Positions 1-10,192 of a DNA stretch of 64,000 nt are shown here, piece after piece (positions within the stretch are counted from its first letter, which is position 1; the number at the start of each line of letters is the position of its first letter). A program made the translations under genes and the position numbers. The stretch lies in assembly GCA_021783135.1 (NCBI GenBank), contig JAJXUE010000007.1, forward strand, positions 15,136 to 79,135. The letters run 5' to 3'. The notes beneath the pieces are model-generated. The model worked only from the letters and a program-made list of their open reading frames with translations. It was not told where the DNA came from and made no database searches. The DNA is from Bacillota bacterium (lineage in GTDB: Bacteria > Bacillota > Desulfitobacteriia > Desulfitobacteriales > JAJXUE01).

Positions 1-807
1 AAAGGGGTTATTGTGGCCATGGATTTAAATACCGCTTTGACTGCCGTCACGGAAATTATGGAAGGGCAGTTTGGCGCAGCCGGGCGACGGGTTGTCGTTG
101 AGGAATTTCTCGTAGGCCAGGAAGTAAGCCTCTTGGCTTTTGTGGACGGTAAACATGCCTTGGCTATGGTGCCGGTCCAGGATCATAAACGGATTTATGA
201 CGGAGACTTGGGGCCCAATACCGGTGGCATGGGCACTTATTCGCCGCCGCCTGTATTTACGCCGGAGCTGGCCGCTGAGGTGATGCGGACTATTGTTGAG
301 CCAACCGTCAAGGCCATGGCCGAAGAAGGCCGGGAATTTACCGGGGTCTTGTTCACAGGTTTGATTCTGACCCAAGACGGTCCTAAGGCCTTGGAATATA
401 ATGCGCGCTTTGGCGATCCGGAGACCCAAGTGGTAATGCTGCGTCTGGAAAATGACTTAGTTGATGTAATCGAAGCAGCGCTCGAGCAGCGCCTGGATGA
501 AATCGAGCTAACTTGGTCGCCGGGCTCGGCCGTCTGCGTGGTGTTGGCCGCCGGAGGATATCCCGGCAAATACCACAAAGGGGATAGTATCACCCTCCCG
601 ACCACCCTGCCGGAGTGGGGGACAATTCTGCATGCCGGCACAAGTTTACACCAAGGGCAGGTCGTTACCAATGGTGGGCGGGTCTTAGGGGTTGTCGCCA
701 AGGGCCAAGATTTGCCGGAAGCTCGAGCCCGCGTGTATGAACTGGTGGAACAAGTTCAGTTTAAGGATATGTTCTACCGTACCGATATCGGTGCAAAGGG
801 ATTGTAA
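1..807 (+). CDS. purD: Phosphoribosylamine--glycine ligase, C-terminal ~268 aa (5' end lies left of the window)
   Basis: Frame is open from nt 1 to TAA at 805-807. The translation carries PurD ATP-grasp/C-domain motifs (LEYNARFGDPETQ, NGGRVLGV). Confidence 0.9.
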   Translation, partial: KGVIVAMDLNTALTAVTEIMEGQFGAAGRRVVVEEFLVGQEVSLLAFVDGKHALAMVPVQDHKRIYDGDLGPNTGGMGTYSPPPVFTPELAAEVMRTIVEPTVKAMAEEGREFTGVLFTGLILTQDGPKALEYNARFGDPETQVVMLRLENDLVDVIEAALEQRLDEIELTWSPGSAVCVVLAAGGYPGKYHKGDSITLPTTLPEWGTILHAGTSLHQGQVVTNGGRVLGVVAKGQDLPEARARVYELVEQVQFKDMFYRTDIGAKGL

Positions 808-823
808 GCATTAATAACTCAGC

Positions 824-865
824 AAAAGAGAGAGCACGCCCCTAGGGACGATGCTCTCTCTTTTT
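824..865. terminator. Bidirectional intrinsic terminator between convergent purD and ppnP
   Basis: 13-bp perfect stem AAAAGAGAGAGCA / TGCTCTCTCTTTT with a 15-nt loop, and A/T runs on both sides. Confidence 0.75.
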
Positions 866-877
866 GGCTGGGGAGGT

Positions 878-1153
878 TCACTTATAATAACAAATATAAG
901 AAACATCCATGTCCGCTGCCACGTCAAACGAGGATTTCTCCGGCACGACAAACTCTTCCTTGGCGCTAAATTCAATCCAGTCGGCACAAGGGAGCTTAAC
1001 CTTGAGGCGACCTGAAGTAATAACCATTCTTTCCTCGGACGCGGTGGAAAAAGTGTACTTTCCCGGTGTCATAACTCCCACTGTGGCGCGCCCTTGTTGC
1101 GAGTTTAATTCCAGGCTTTGGACCTTTCCGTCAAAATAAACACTATGTTGCAT
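878..1153 (-). CDS. ppnP: Pyrimidine/purine nucleoside phosphorylase PpnP (YaiE/DUF1255 family)
   Basis: 91 aa. Colinear with recalled E. coli PpnP (YFDGKV.S..........A.VGVM..G.YTFST...E.M.v.SG.l.V.LP). Confidence 0.8.
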   Translation of the reverse strand: MQHSVYFDGKVQSLELNSQQGRATVGVMTPGKYTFSTASEERMVITSGRLKVKLPCADWIEFSAKEEFVVPEKSSFDVAADMDVSYICYYK

Positions 1154-1369
1154 GCCTAAATTCCCTCCCTATTCTTCGCTGCAACCGAGCAAGGCGCTAG
1201 CGGTAGTTTAATTATAATACATCATAAATTGAAAATAAACTAGGAGTAGTTACAGTGGGTACAACGTGCCTTTTGTGCCCTGGCTGCATAGGCTGAAAAT
1301 TGGGACGGTTGGATACTCTATCAGTAGAACGTTTAATAATTAAGCGGTGGTGAAGCGGAGGGTTCAAAA

Positions 1370-3094
1370 TTGCAACAAGTGTTGGTACAAGAACAAAGCA
1401 AACGTCGCTTTGGCTTAGTGGATATTTTCGTACTCTTATTCGCCTTTGGGTTATTGTCCTTCCTGCTCACCTTTGGCAAAGATATGCGCGCCCCATTTTT
1501 TCCGGGCCAGACTATGCAGCTGGATTTAAACCAGGCACTCTTGCCATACTACGCCGGCAGATCGCTAGTCCGGATGTTTCTAGCCTATGGCTTAGCGCTG
1601 CTGTTTACCTTTGTCTATGCCAGGGTGGCGGCATACCGTCCGCAGGCGCGTCTGGTGATGCTGCCAATGCTGGATATTTTACAGTCAATTCCGGTGCTGG
1701 GATTTTTATCGGTGAGTGTTACAGGGCTAATCAGGCTTTTTCCCGGCAGTATCATCGGCCCTGAGCTAGCGGCGATTTTTGCCATCTTTACTGGGCAAGC
1801 CTGGAATATGACTTTTAGCTTTTATTACTCGTTGAGCTCGATTCCGAAAGAATTCAATGAAGTAGCAGCGATGACGCGTATTTCTGCCTGGGAACGCTTT
1901 GCTAAGCTGGAAGTTCCGTACGGCATGATTGGGTTGGTGTGGAACAGTATGATGTCCTTCGGCGGCGGGTGGTTTTTCCTCGCCGCGAGTGAAGCCATTA
2001 CCGTGCTGGGGACCAATATTCGCCTGCCTGGGCTTGGTTCATATATGGCTACGGCGATTACGCAAGGCAACATGCAGGCGATTTATGCCTCGATTTTTAC
2101 GATGATTGGCGTGATTTTGCTCGTTGATCAGCTGTTTTGGCGCCCCTTAGTCGCTTGGTCTCAAAAATACAAGCTGGAGCAGTCGGAGGGTGAAGCGGCA
2201 GAGTCGTGGTTTCTAAATTTATTGCGAAAATCACTGCTAGTGGGGCAAATCAATAAGCTGACAGCCAAACAGGTCAATAACGCTGCAACACGCTTCCGAC
2301 GTGCTCAAGTAGGTATTAATAAAAGTCGGAGTACATATCGCGCTAACGCACAACGGGTAGTGACCTGGGGTCTAATCTTAGGTTTGCTGTATGTGGCGGG
2401 GAAGTATGTCGTAGTGGGGATAAACCTGGTGCTGCAGCTTAAGGGCAGCGAATTGCTAACCCCGCTTGGCTACGGCACCCTAACTTTCCTGCGGGTGCTC
2501 TGCAGTACGGCCTTAGCCACCTTGTGGACGGTTCCGGTCGGAGTAGCCATCGGCCTCAATCCCAAAATGGCACGTCTTGCCCAACCGGTGGTTCAGATAG
2601 CCGCTTCCTTTCCGGCGAACATGATCTTTCCATTTGTTACCCTGCTTTATCTCAACTTCCAGGTCAATATGGGAGTCGGTTCGATTCCTTTAATGATGCT
2701 GGGAACGCAGTGGTATATCTTATTTAATGTAATTGCGGGAGCCTCGGCCATACCCAATGACCTCAAAGAAGCCAGTTTGGTGTTGGGCTTGCGCAACCTA
2801 GACAAATGGAAAAAACTTATTTTGCCGAGCATCTTCCCTTTTTTGGTCACAGGTTGGGTTACCGCCAGCGGCGGCGCTTGGAATGCGAGTATTGTGGCTG
2901 AGATTGTGAGCTGGCAAAGTCATAGTTTGGTGGCCCCCGGGCTGGGGTCATATATTACCCTAGCCACTTCCGAGGGGAATTGGGCCAAAATTATCTGGGG
3001 TATTGTCATCATGGCCTTATTTGTAGTGTTAACAAATAGGTTGGTGTGGCGGAAATTGTACGCGGTTGCCCAGGAAAAATACAGCCTTGGCTAG
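1370..3094 (+). CDS. ABC transporter permease, fused double permease (NitT/TauT-like family)
   Basis: 574 aa polytopic protein with two permease halves. TTG start lies 7 nt after GGAGGG. It sits immediately upstream of the cognate ATPase. Confidence 0.75.
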   Translation: MQQVLVQEQSKRRFGLVDIFVLLFAFGLLSFLLTFGKDMRAPFFPGQTMQLDLNQALLPYYAGRSLVRMFLAYGLALLFTFVYARVAAYRPQARLVMLPMLDILQSIPVLGFLSVSVTGLIRLFPGSIIGPELAAIFAIFTGQAWNMTFSFYYSLSSIPKEFNEVAAMTRISAWERFAKLEVPYGMIGLVWNSMMSFGGGWFFLAASEAITVLGTNIRLPGLGSYMATAITQGNMQAIYASIFTMIGVILLVDQLFWRPLVAWSQKYKLEQSEGEAAESWFLNLLRKSLLVGQINKLTAKQVNNAATRFRRAQVGINKSRSTYRANAQRVVTWGLILGLLYVAGKYVVVGINLVLQLKGSELLTPLGYGTLTFLRVLCSTALATLWTVPVGVAIGLNPKMARLAQPVVQIAASFPANMIFPFVTLLYLNFQVNMGVGSIPLMMLGTQWYILFNVIAGASAIPNDLKEASLVLGLRNLDKWKKLILPSIFPFLVTGWVTASGGAWNASIVAEIVSWQSHSLVAPGLGSYITLATSEGNWAKIIWGIVIMALFVVLTNRLVWRKLYAVAQEKYSLG

Positions 3095-3112
3095 GCAAAG
3101 AAGGCGGGTAAA

Positions 3113-4393
3113 ATGGCGGATACCTTGATAACATTGCAAGGAGTGCAAAAAACCTATGGTTTGCCGGGTAACAACAGCGCAATTGTCCTGGCAGATATTA
3201 ATTTGACCGTTAAGGAACATGAGTTTGTGGCAATTTTAGGTCCTTCCGGTTCCGGCAAGTCCACTCTACTGCGGATTATCGCGGGATTAATTGAGCCCAA
3301 TCAAGGCCTGGTGAGCTATCGTAACCAAACAGGCAGCGGCTTTCGCGAGGGAATTGGCATGGTGTTTCAGTCCTTTGCCTTATTTCCGTGGCTTACGGTG
3401 TTGGAAAACGTCAAACTGGGTTTGCAATATAAAGATCTCAGTCCCCAAAGCAAACAGAATAGAGCGCTTGAAGTCATCGATATGATTGGACTGGACGGTT
3501 TTGAAGGCGCCTACCCCAAGGAGTTATCCGGCGGGATGAAGCAAAGGGTCGGTTTGGGTCGGGCTTTGGTCATGGAACCGGATGTATTGCTCATGGATGA
3601 GCCGTTTTCCGCCCTTGATGTGCTCACTGCCGAAAACTTGAAGCGAGACCTGTTGGAATTGTGGACGGAGCAGCGCATTCCCACCAAGTCGATTATCATG
3701 GTTACGCATGGGATTGAAGAAGCGGTCTATATGGCCAACCGAGCGGTTGTGCTTTCCCGCGACCCGGCTCGGATAATTGCCGATATTGCAATTAATTTGC
3801 CGCATTGGCGTGACAAGCAGAGTAAACCTTTTGTCGAAGTCGTGGACAAAATATATTCAGTGTTGACTTTGCACCAAGAACAGCACGTGAGCTACAAGGA
3901 AGAAAAAATGAAAAAGGACATTAAAATGCCCAATGTTCGTTCCGGCGCGCTGACCGGATTTATTGAATTGCTGGAAGATGTCGGGGTCAAAGTCGACCTG
4001 TATAAGTTGGGTGAACAACTTAGCTTGGACTTAGAAGAATTTCTGCCGATTGTCGATGCAGCTTCGCTCTTGGAATTTGTCAGGGTCCAGGCCGGGGATA
4101 TCGAATTAACTGCTGTAGGAATTAAGTTTGCCCAAGCTACAGTGTTGCAGCGTAAAGAGCTGTTTCGCGAGCAAATCCTGCAAAATGTCCCTATCATCAT
4201 CAAAATTACTGCGACTTTGCGCTCTAAGTCGAACGGCAGGATGGCGGAGGAATTCTTCAGCAATATTCTCAGCGGCCAATTTGGCGAAGAAGAGGCACTG
4301 CAACAACTCAACACAGCGATTGACTGGGGGCGCTATGCGGAGTTGTTTGCTTATGATGAACACTCCGGGACGGTATATCTGGAAGAAAATTAA
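3113..4393 (+). CDS. ABC transporter ATP-binding protein (nitrate/sulfonate/taurine type) with ~170-aa C-terminal extension
   Basis: Walker A GPSGSGKST, signature LSGGMKQR, Walker B LLMDEP. The long C-terminal non-ABC domain resembles the AAA-associated domain of this subfamily. Confidence 0.85.
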   Translation: MADTLITLQGVQKTYGLPGNNSAIVLADINLTVKEHEFVAILGPSGSGKSTLLRIIAGLIEPNQGLVSYRNQTGSGFREGIGMVFQSFALFPWLTVLENVKLGLQYKDLSPQSKQNRALEVIDMIGLDGFEGAYPKELSGGMKQRVGLGRALVMEPDVLLMDEPFSALDVLTAENLKRDLLELWTEQRIPTKSIIMVTHGIEEAVYMANRAVVLSRDPARIIADIAINLPHWRDKQSKPFVEVVDKIYSVLTLHQEQHVSYKEEKMKKDIKMPNVRSGALTGFIELLEDVGVKVDLYKLGEQLSLDLEEFLPIVDAASLLEFVRVQAGDIELTAVGIKFAQATVLQRKELFREQILQNVPIIIKITATLRSKSNGRMAEEFFSNILSGQFGEEEALQQLNTAIDWGRYAELFAYDEHSGTVYLEEN

Positions 4394-4540
4394 GCCCGAA
4401 GCGAGGCACTCAGGCTTGACGCAAATGTCATTTAACATTACATTTACACTAGGTTAAAAAAAGGTGCATTAAGACCCATGACATTTGCATCACTCCGGGA
4501 GTGAAGTAAGATTTCAACTTTTGCTACTCTGGTCATTTTT

Positions 4541-6139
4541 TTGGGTGGTCTGGGACTTTTTATGTATGGCGTAAGTACGACATCGGAAGGCCTGCAAAAA
4601 TTCGCGGCAAGTAGACTGAGACAGATTCTACATTCCCTGACGAAACGCTCGCTCTTGGCGTTAATATTCGGCATGGTAATGACTGTTGCCTTTCAAAGCA
4701 GCGCTGCTACAACGGTACTGGTAGTGGAATTTGTCAATGTCGGGTTAATGAATTTGGCGCAAGCCTTAGGAATCGTTTTAGGCTCCGCGGTCGGCACGTC
4801 CCTGACTATCCAACTAATTGCGTTTCAAATTTCAACTATTGCTTTAGGCATTATATTCATTGGTTTCATTCTGTACATACTTAAGCAGGGGCGCTCCAAA
4901 TATCTGGGCCAGGCCTTAATTGGCTTTGGCATAATTTTTGTCGGTATGGATACCATGGCCAGGGCCTCTGAGCCATTGAAAAATATTCCGCAGGTTTATC
5001 AATTTCTGGCTCATTTAGGCAGTAACCCGTTGTTGGCCATTATGGTAGGCTTGATTTTCACTGCGCTGATTCAGAGTACCCCCGCAGTTTTTGCCGTAAT
5101 TATGTCCTTAGCCGGCCAACACTTGCTGCCCATTGATGCCGTAATTCTCTTGGTGCTGGGGGCGCATACCGGTGGAACCATGACCACACTGGTGTCTAGT
5201 TTCGCTGCGCCGAAAATGGACGCGAAACGGACTGCGCTCGCTAATACGGGATATAAGGTAGTGGCGACTTGTTTGGTGTTGCCGTTTTTAAATGAGTACG
5301 CCAAAGTTGTTCAGTGGACCACAACCGATTTGCAACGTCAGGTGGCTAACGCGCACCTCCTGTTTGCCCTGTTGATGGTGGTGATATTTGCCCCGTTTAA
5401 CGCCGTCATCGCCAGGTGGTTAGTTCGTGTCTTGCCTGATAAAAAAGGGCAACGGGATTTTGTCAGTATGCAGTTTATTGACGAATCGGCGACAGAAGTG
5501 CCGGCAGTAGCTTTAAAGCAGGTGAGCAAGGAGCTTGTGGCGCTGGGGCAAATGATTCGCAGCAAGATGCTGGAACAAATTGCAGTTGTGGTAACCGGGA
5601 CCTCGGAGGATGCGAGAGAGGCGGTACTTGCTGCTGAAAAAAGTGTGGACTGGTATTACCTCCATATCTCAGAGTTTTTGACCGTATTGGGCAATAAAGG
5701 ACTGACAGAAGAACAGGTTCGGGACAGCGTGAACGCTCGCTTTATTCTCAAGGAACTGGAGTACATCGGTGACACCATCGTCGATATCGTACGCTTGCAG
5801 CGGAAATTGGCCCTGGAACAAATAGCTATTACAGAATGGGAACGGTTTAAGGTGCTGTATGAGAAGATCAGCGGAAATTTTTCTTTGGTCCTGGAAGTGC
5901 TGAAAACGTGGGACCAATCCATGGCTGAGCAAGTTGTACAGGAGCATCTGGCCATCAGCCAAGTGCAGCACCAACAGCAGTTGACCATCATGGCCCAGGC
6001 GAAACAAGGCATCAGCCAAGAAGATGTAATGCAAAGGGAAGAGAAACTCCACTTTGCCATGGTTGACTTGACTAATTTGTTGACTGTGGTCGATGAACAT
6101 TCAGTTAATATTGCGCAGGTGGTACTGGGATTTATCTAG
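4541..6139 (+). CDS. Na+/phosphate cotransporter family protein (NptA-like N-terminal half plus PhoU-like C-terminal half)
   Basis: GGLGLFMYG...SEGLQ motif and its internal repeat, with a helical PhoU-like tail. The start is uncertain because the frame is open from 4505 without a canonical start codon. Confidence 0.8.
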   Translation: MGGLGLFMYGVSTTSEGLQKFAASRLRQILHSLTKRSLLALIFGMVMTVAFQSSAATTVLVVEFVNVGLMNLAQALGIVLGSAVGTSLTIQLIAFQISTIALGIIFIGFILYILKQGRSKYLGQALIGFGIIFVGMDTMARASEPLKNIPQVYQFLAHLGSNPLLAIMVGLIFTALIQSTPAVFAVIMSLAGQHLLPIDAVILLVLGAHTGGTMTTLVSSFAAPKMDAKRTALANTGYKVVATCLVLPFLNEYAKVVQWTTTDLQRQVANAHLLFALLMVVIFAPFNAVIARWLVRVLPDKKGQRDFVSMQFIDESATEVPAVALKQVSKELVALGQMIRSKMLEQIAVVVTGTSEDAREAVLAAEKSVDWYYLHISEFLTVLGNKGLTEEQVRDSVNARFILKELEYIGDTIVDIVRLQRKLALEQIAITEWERFKVLYEKISGNFSLVLEVLKTWDQSMAEQVVQEHLAISQVQHQQQLTIMAQAKQGISQEDVMQREEKLHFAMVDLTNLLTVVDEHSVNIAQVVLGFI

Positions 6140-6758
6140 AGCTTGCAGTTAAGCGGCCCAATAAACGCTCGAACTCTTTGATATGGGCCAGTTCTTCGTG
6201 AAGAATATGGGCAATGCGCTTGCGAATAAAACGCTCCGGGATCTGTGTCAGCACTTGTTGATACGCATTCACGGCGTGTTGTTCGGATCTAATGTCTGCT
6301 GCCAATATGGCTGCCGGATCCGGCGTGTAATCGATCAGACAGGCATCCCAATATACCGGAGCGTCATCCATAATCCAATAACGCGGTTCATACCCCAAAT
6401 TCTTGAGGATTTGGGCTAGAGTATTGAGGTGCTCGCGTTCATCCCGGGTGATGCGCGCGAGTACATTTTTTGCTTCCAGGTCATCCCACACAACCTGTTG
6501 ATACTCGTACTGCGTTATCGCCGTTAATTCTGACAATGGCGCGGCATAAGCCACGTAGAGTAACTTGGCCCACGCGTGAAGTTCGGCAGCGGAATAAGCA
6601 AAATCGGGACTTGGTACGAGTAAGTTTTGGCCCGGCAATACCCAGTTGGCATCGGGCAAGCCGCTAGCCCGGACAATGTCCGGCACGGATGAATTATAAT
6701 CGAGCGCAATTTGGTAAACTGTTTCACCGGCACGCACGCGATGACTCCATAACGCCAT
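6132..6758 (-). CDS. LysM domain protein fused to a ferritin-like (di-metal ExxH) domain
   Basis: N-terminal LysM (HRVRAGETVYQIALDYN...GQNLLVP). The C-terminal four-helix-type region has two ExxH motifs (DEREHL, EELAHI). Its 3' end overlaps the convergent Na/Pi gene by 8 nt. Confidence 0.6.
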   Translation of the reverse strand: MALWSHRVRAGETVYQIALDYNSSVPDIVRASGLPDANWVLPGQNLLVPSPDFAYSAAELHAWAKLLYVAYAAPLSELTAITQYEYQQVVWDDLEAKNVLARITRDEREHLNTLAQILKNLGYEPRYWIMDDAPVYWDACLIDYTPDPAAILAADIRSEQHAVNAYQQVLTQIPERFIRKRIAHILHEELAHIKEFERLLGRLTASSR

Positions 6759-6869
6759 GACGTCAACCCCCTCGGTACTAGGTAATAAAACTAACTAATT
6801 CATATGTTGCTGGGCTTTTTTTTAGAATTAGGCAGATAATTTGCAAATGTGATTAAATTGATGCCGATA

Positions 6870-6885
6870 AGTGATAAAACTCACA
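6870..6885. promoter_or_regulatory. CRP/FNR-family (HcpR-like) binding-site candidate upstream of hcp
   Basis: AGTGATAAAACTCACA fits TGTGA-N6-TCACA at 9/10 half-site positions. It is centred about 31 bp upstream of a TATGAT -10 candidate (6908-6913), which matches class II activator geometry. Confidence 0.5.
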
Positions 6886-6968
6886 GCGCTTGTCCCACTC
6901 TTTTTGTTATGATGTGCATGTAAGCGAAATACGCTTGTAATTTGTTAAATTTCGAAGGAGGCCGTTAC

Positions 6969-8258
6969 ATGTTTTGCTATCAGTGTGAACAAACTCCCAA
7001 AGGCGGTTGCACGCGCGTTGGAGTGTGCGGTAAAGATGAGAATATTGCCAGTTTGCAAGACACGATGATTTTTGGTTTAAAAGGTATCGCAGCGTATCTC
7101 ACGCATGCCAGAGAGTTAGGTTTTACCGACCCTGAGGTGGATGCGATTGTATCGGAAGCGCTGTATACTACCTTAACTAATAGTAATTTTAATTTGCAAG
7201 AGCATATCAACATGGCCCTGAAGGTCGGTCAAGGTACTGTTAAAGCCATGGATTTATTGGACCGGGCTCACACTACCCGCTTGGGCGTTCCTTCTCCGGC
7301 TACAATCAGTCAAAATAAAGTTGAAGGACATGCGATCCTCGTTACCGGCCATGACCTGTTTGCCCTAGAAGCACTGCTGCAACAAACCGAGGGCAAAGGT
7401 ATTAATATCTATACCCATTCGGAAATGCTGCCGGCGCACGGCTATCCTGCCCTCAAAAAATACGCCCACTTAAAAGGTAATGTCGGCAAAGCATGGCATG
7501 ATCAGCGCACTGTTTTCGAACAATTCCCGGGAGCTATTCTTGCTACCACGAACTGCGTTATGCCGATTAAAGGCAGCTATGCAGACCGCTTCTTCTCCTA
7601 TGGTATAGCCGGTCTGGAGGGTGTAACCAAAATTCAGGACAACGATTTTAGCCCTGTGATTGCCAAAGCTTTGGCCTTGCCTGTAGCTGACGTGGCTTCG
7701 GATTTAACTTTAACCACAGGTTTTCACCACACCACTGTTTTGAGCATTGCACCGGAAATCATCGACGCAGTTAAATCCGGAAAAATCCGTCGTTTCTTTG
7801 TCATCGCCGGTTGCGATGCCCCTGGTAAAGGTGGCGAGTACTATCGTGAACTAGCCCAATCCCTGCCCAAAGAATGCGTAATCTTAACCACATCGTGCGG
7901 CAAGTTCCGGTTCAACGATATTGACTTCGGCAATGTACCGGGCACAGGCATTCCACGTCTGATTGATCTGGGTCAATGCAACAATTCCGGTTCAGCTGTA
8001 AAAATCGCGGTAGCTTTAGCAGAAGCCTTTGGTTGTGGCGTCAACGATTTGCCGTTGAGCATCGTATTATCTTGGTTTGAGCAAAAAGCCGTTGCCATTT
8101 TACTTGGTCTGTTCAGCCTAGGGGTGCAAAATATTTATATCGGACCCAAAGCACCTGAATTCCTCACCCCCGGCGTAGTGGATGTACTAGTCAAAACCTT
8201 TGGTCTGAAGCTGACCGGCACCGCTCAGGAAGACTTAAAAGCGATGCTGGGCGAATAG
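6969..8258 (+). CDS. hcp: Hydroxylamine reductase / hybrid-cluster protein, short form (429 aa)
   Basis: Starts MFCYQCEQTPKGGC...GVCGK (the N-terminal Cys cluster of Hcp). ATG at 6969 lies 7 nt after GAAGGAGG. The rest is colinear with the Hcp/CODH family. Confidence 0.88.
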   Translation: MFCYQCEQTPKGGCTRVGVCGKDENIASLQDTMIFGLKGIAAYLTHARELGFTDPEVDAIVSEALYTTLTNSNFNLQEHINMALKVGQGTVKAMDLLDRAHTTRLGVPSPATISQNKVEGHAILVTGHDLFALEALLQQTEGKGINIYTHSEMLPAHGYPALKKYAHLKGNVGKAWHDQRTVFEQFPGAILATTNCVMPIKGSYADRFFSYGIAGLEGVTKIQDNDFSPVIAKALALPVADVASDLTLTTGFHHTTVLSIAPEIIDAVKSGKIRRFFVIAGCDAPGKGGEYYRELAQSLPKECVILTTSCGKFRFNDIDFGNVPGTGIPRLIDLGQCNNSGSAVKIAVALAEAFGCGVNDLPLSIVLSWFEQKAVAILLGLFSLGVQNIYIGPKAPEFLTPGVVDVLVKTFGLKLTGTAQEDLKAMLGE

Positions 8259-8424
8259 GCCTGAGCACGCGAGTTAAATAATTAAACGCAGCATAACCGG
8301 CGGTGGGCTAAGACCTGCCGTCGGTTTCAAGCATGCGGCATGAAAAAACTTGCACGTCAGGCCAAAAGGGTATATGAAAATTTTGACGCTTGTCATATTA
8401 TTAGGGAAGGGGGGAGATGTGATA

Positions 8425-10107
8425 GTGCTAAAGATTAAATTTATCAAGTCCATCAAAACTAAGATCTTTTTATTTACCTTACTATTGTCGTTGCTCATCG
8501 CTGTTTTTTGCGTGTTCGATTACTACACCTTTAGTACCCTAAACGCCAAGAATCAACAGCTTCGCGCGCTTACTGTCGCTACCCAAAATGCTACCGACCT
8601 GAATACATCGATTTATCAGCAATATGTCCAAGCGGAGCAATATTTCGCTACCAAAGATCCGAACTATGCCCAACAATACAGCGAGGCCGCGCAGGTTCGC
8701 GATGCCGATGTTAAGACAATGGTTGCTAACGGGAAGGGATATGTTGATACCACTGAGGTGGCTTTGTTAAATTCAATCATCCAAAAAACCGACGCGCAGT
8801 TTGCCGGCATTGTAGCCTCAGGCCAAATCAGCGCTGACAGCACGGCACAATTCAAAAACTGGATGACCCAACTTTTGTCCACGTCTCAGGATGTTCAAAC
8901 TAGGTTGGCCAAGTCATTCACTGCAATCGACAAGGGAGACATTAGTTATGGGCAATGGGCCCAGAACCTGGAGATTTTAGTCGGAGCGATAATAGTTGTC
9001 TTACTTTTTGTAGTAGGCTATTTTTGGGCCGGTATTTTGACCAATGCATTAATCGGAGTGGTTAAGCTCCTAGATAGGGTTGCCAACAAGGAACTTAATC
9101 TTGAGGTTGAACAAAGAAACTACGATGAAGTCGGCAAAATCGAGCGGGCCCTAGGCAAAATGACGCGAGATTTACATACAATTGTGAGTCGTATCCATGC
9201 TAACTCGGAGACAGTATCTACTACCTCCGGCGAATTGGCTGTCAGCGTGGGACAGGCGGCAGGAGGCTCTAATAACGTGTCCCAGACTATTCAGGCCATT
9301 AACCTAGAGGCTCAGGCTCAGGTGGAAGACGTACAACGAGTTTCCAACACCTTTGCCGAACTCGATCAAGCTGTGCAGCACAGTAACACCGGGGTGCAAA
9401 GTGTAGTGCGCAATAGTCAAAGTGCCTTTCAAGCCGCGCGCGTCGGGTCTACAGCCATGGAACATGTCACGAGTAAAATGGAGTCAATTGTGAGTAAGGT
9501 CAAGGAGAGTGCCTTAGTAATTGAAGAATTAGGCGATCGAAGTCGTGAAATAGGGCAAATAGTTGAGGTTATTAATGAAATCGCGGACCAAACAAATTTG
9601 CTGGCCTTAAATGCCGCCATTGAAGCCGCCCGGGCGGGCGAACAGGGCAGAGGTTTTGCCGTAGTGGCCGAGGAAGTACGGAAATTAGCGGAACAATCTT
9701 CCAGTTCAGCCGGGAGAATTTCAGGGCTTATCCAGGGCATTCAGGCGGAAACGGATCGGGCTGTTACAGTGATGCATGCCAGCAACGCGGAAGTGACCGA
9801 TGGGCTTAATGTCTCTAGTGAAGCCGGACAAGCTTTTCAACAGATCCTAGACGTAATTACAGAGGTTAATAGTCGGATGCAAGAAATTTCGGGTGCCAAC
9901 GAGCAAATGGCGGTAACCTCGCAAAATGTAGCGCCACTGGTGGCTAATCTGAACAAGAGCGCCAATTCCATCGGGATGGCCACGGCTGAGGTCGCGGCTG
10001 CAGTGCAACAAGAGTCAGCCTCCATGGCTGTAATATCGAGCAATATCGAAAATCTGGTTAGTATAGCGAACGACTTAAATGCGATAGTGCAAGAGTTTAA
10101 GCTGTAG
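8425..10107 (+). CDS. Methyl-accepting chemotaxis protein
   Basis: Two TM segments, a HAMP region and a highly conserved signalling domain ([41 protein letters not shown]). The start is uncertain: GTG 8425 follows a G-rich SD, and the ORF is open from 8350. Confidence 0.88.
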   Translation: MLKIKFIKSIKTKIFLFTLLLSLLIAVFCVFDYYTFSTLNAKNQQLRALTVATQNATDLNTSIYQQYVQAEQYFATKDPNYAQQYSEAAQVRDADVKTMVANGKGYVDTTEVALLNSIIQKTDAQFAGIVASGQISADSTAQFKNWMTQLLSTSQDVQTRLAKSFTAIDKGDISYGQWAQNLEILVGAIIVVLLFVVGYFWAGILTNALIGVVKLLDRVANKELNLEVEQRNYDEVGKIERALGKMTRDLHTIVSRIHANSETVSTTSGELAVSVGQAAGGSNNVSQTIQAINLEAQAQVEDVQRVSNTFAELDQAVQHSNTGVQSVVRNSQSAFQAARVGSTAMEHVTSKMESIVSKVKESALVIEELGDRSREIGQIVEVINEIADQTNLLALNAAIEAARAGEQGRGFAVVAEEVRKLAEQSSSSAGRISGLIQGIQAETDRAVTVMHASNAEVTDGLNVSSEAGQAFQQILDVITEVNSRMQEISGANEQMAVTSQNVAPLVANLNKSANSIGMATAEVAAAVQQESASMAVISSNIENLVSIANDLNAIVQEFKL

Positions 10108-10129
10108 AAGAAACCTAATTGGCGTCAAC

Positions 10130-10173
10130 AAAATGGTCTGTCCGGTAGAAAACCTACACGGACAGACCATTTT
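10130..10173. terminator. Bidirectional intrinsic terminator between MCP and the convergent transporter gene
   Basis: 15-bp perfect stem AAAATGGTCTGTCCG / CGGACAGACCATTTT with a 14-nt loop. Confidence 0.8.
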
Positions 10174-10192
10174 ACTGCTTAAAACTGTTTTT

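Noticed and set aside
4505-4540. Possible N-terminal extension of the Na/Pi cotransporter (SKISTFATLVIF... would complete the first TM helix)
   Set aside because: The only candidate initiators in the extension are ATT or CTG, and non-canonical initiation cannot be supported from sequence alone. I kept the TTG at 4541 and flagged the start as uncertain.
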